From the NCBI GenBank assembly GCA_050331235.1, contig JBHJHA010000057.1, forward strand, positions 1 to 49,998: DNA of 49,998 nucleotides. Direction: 5' to 3'. The stretch comes from Leptolyngbyaceae cyanobacterium. GTDB taxonomy: Bacteria; Cyanobacteriota; Cyanobacteriia; Phormidesmidales; Phormidesmidaceae. The position numbers and the translations under genes were made by a program. Of the stretch, positions 49,326 through 49,998 are shown in pieces. The notes beneath the pieces are model-generated. The model saw only the letters and a program-made list of their open reading frames with translations. It was not told the DNA's origin and ran no database searches. Position 1 is the stretch's first letter, and each line of letters begins with the position of its first letter.

Positions 49326-49367
49326 AATCCCCGCAATTGCACTTTTATAGGTGCGATCGCGGGGATT
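49326..49367. terminator. GC-rich hairpin downstream of the YHS gene
   Basis: AATCCCCGCAATTGCAC-N8-GTGCGATCGCGGGGATT near-perfect inverted repeat. Confidence 0.6.
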
Positions 49368-49404
49368 GACTCAGTTAGTCCGAAATTAACGAACAGAGAC
49401 TCAC

Positions 49405-49998
49405 TTACTGCACCCAAGCGAGCTGATTTTCATAAAAAGTTTGCACGCTTAGCACTTCTGGCCAAAACTCATCCGCCTTTTCGATATTGCCGGGGACATC
49501 TTCGAGCCACTGCGTCTGCACATCCTGGCTATAGTTGAGATACAGCTTACCGTCAACGATTTTCCAGGCACGAGGATCAACAGATGCTAGGTTGCCCTCA
49601 CTCAAAGCTTTGGCACAGTAACCACCGTATTGGGGCGCAAAGGCTTCAGGCTCACCTTTGAAAGCTTCCATATTGGCGGCACTGCTAAAGCGCCAAGTTG
49701 CACCATTCCACTCCAATTCGTACTCGGCCTTACCGGGGACAGCCTTGCCTTCGGTGAAGTAAGCAACCGGATCAGCGCCCCGGATAGCGAGGCTGCTGCT
49801 CTCCTCCACGTACACATCACTGTGAGGGGGCTCGTAAGCACTAACGACATCCGCCGCCGCACAGGGATCGGCCGCGCAAGGATTGGCCGCGCAGGGATCG
49901 GCCGCACAAGGAATGGCCGCACAGGGATTGGCCGCACAGGGAAAGGCCGCAAAGGGATAGGCACCACAAGAAAAAGCAGCACAAGCAAAAGAAGCACA
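49405..49998 (-). CDS. YHS-domain protein with N-terminal (N/D)PCAA repeats, 5'-truncated by the window edge
   Basis: AIRGADPVAYF, WRFSS, PQYGGYCA and GKLYLNY motifs; the frame stays open from 49998 (...NPCAAIPCAADPCAANPCAADPCAAADVV...). Confidence 0.88.
   Translation of the reverse strand, partial: CASFACAAFSCGAYPFAAFPCAANPCAAIPCAADPCAANPCAADPCAAADVVSAYEPPHSDVYVEESSSLAIRGADPVAYFTEGKAVPGKAEYELEWNGATWRFSSAANMEAFKGEPEAFAPQYGGYCAKALSEGNLASVDPRAWKIVDGKLYLNYSQDVQTQWLEDVPGNIEKADEFWPEVLSVQTFYENQLAWVQ
49854..49998 (-). repeat. 15-bp tandem coding repeat (consensus AATCCCTGTGCGGCC, NPCAA), about 9-10 units
   Basis: Read directly; units become more degenerate toward the window end. Confidence 0.85.

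Noticed and set aside
49602..49997. 131-aa ORF with PVRPI repeats
   Set aside because: Alternative frame of the 15-bp repeat; the NPCAA frame is the one continuous with the YHS domain.
1..49998. CRISPR array, transposase/integrase, prophage, reverse transcriptase or toxin-antitoxin system
   Set aside because: No regularly spaced 25-40-bp repeats with spacers and no ORF with the relevant motifs were seen by eye.

Overview
This is a stretch of core chromosome from a cyanobacterium. The HIP1 octamer GCGATCGC recurs throughout, and the gene set is cyanobacterial (DevH-like CRP regulator, BicA, NrtS, COP23, DUF3146, SigG with its anti-sigma). A Leptolyngbya/Nodosilinea-like filamentous host is my inference and cannot be confirmed here. 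The window holds about 40 CDSs, mostly housekeeping (sbcD, aroB, hisB, obgE, cbiT, ftsI, ilvB, rph, def, an HtrA protease, dcd, yqgF, mobA), plus tRNA-Asp(GTC), a GT2/HAD polysaccharide gene pair, a SulP-Usp-BicA cluster and a Pho-box-preceded pstCA-pstB operon. I found no transposase, integrase, reverse transcriptase, prophage or CRISPR array, and I cannot claim a clearly new system. The best leads are: (1) a CobO/BtuR-like protein lacking its P-loop, upstream of dcd and behind tandem NrdR-like boxes; (2) a PstC-PstA fusion with no adjacent pstS; (3) a possible +1 frameshift splitting the N-terminus of the anti-sigma gene behind an ECF-type promoter; (4) a YHS protein with Cys-rich NPCAA 15-bp repeats; (5) a GT2 with four 38-aa repeats and an apparently inactive second domain; (6) a ~180-bp MITE-like element; (7) several structured leader regions. 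All family assignments come from motif recognition by eye; no database searches were run.
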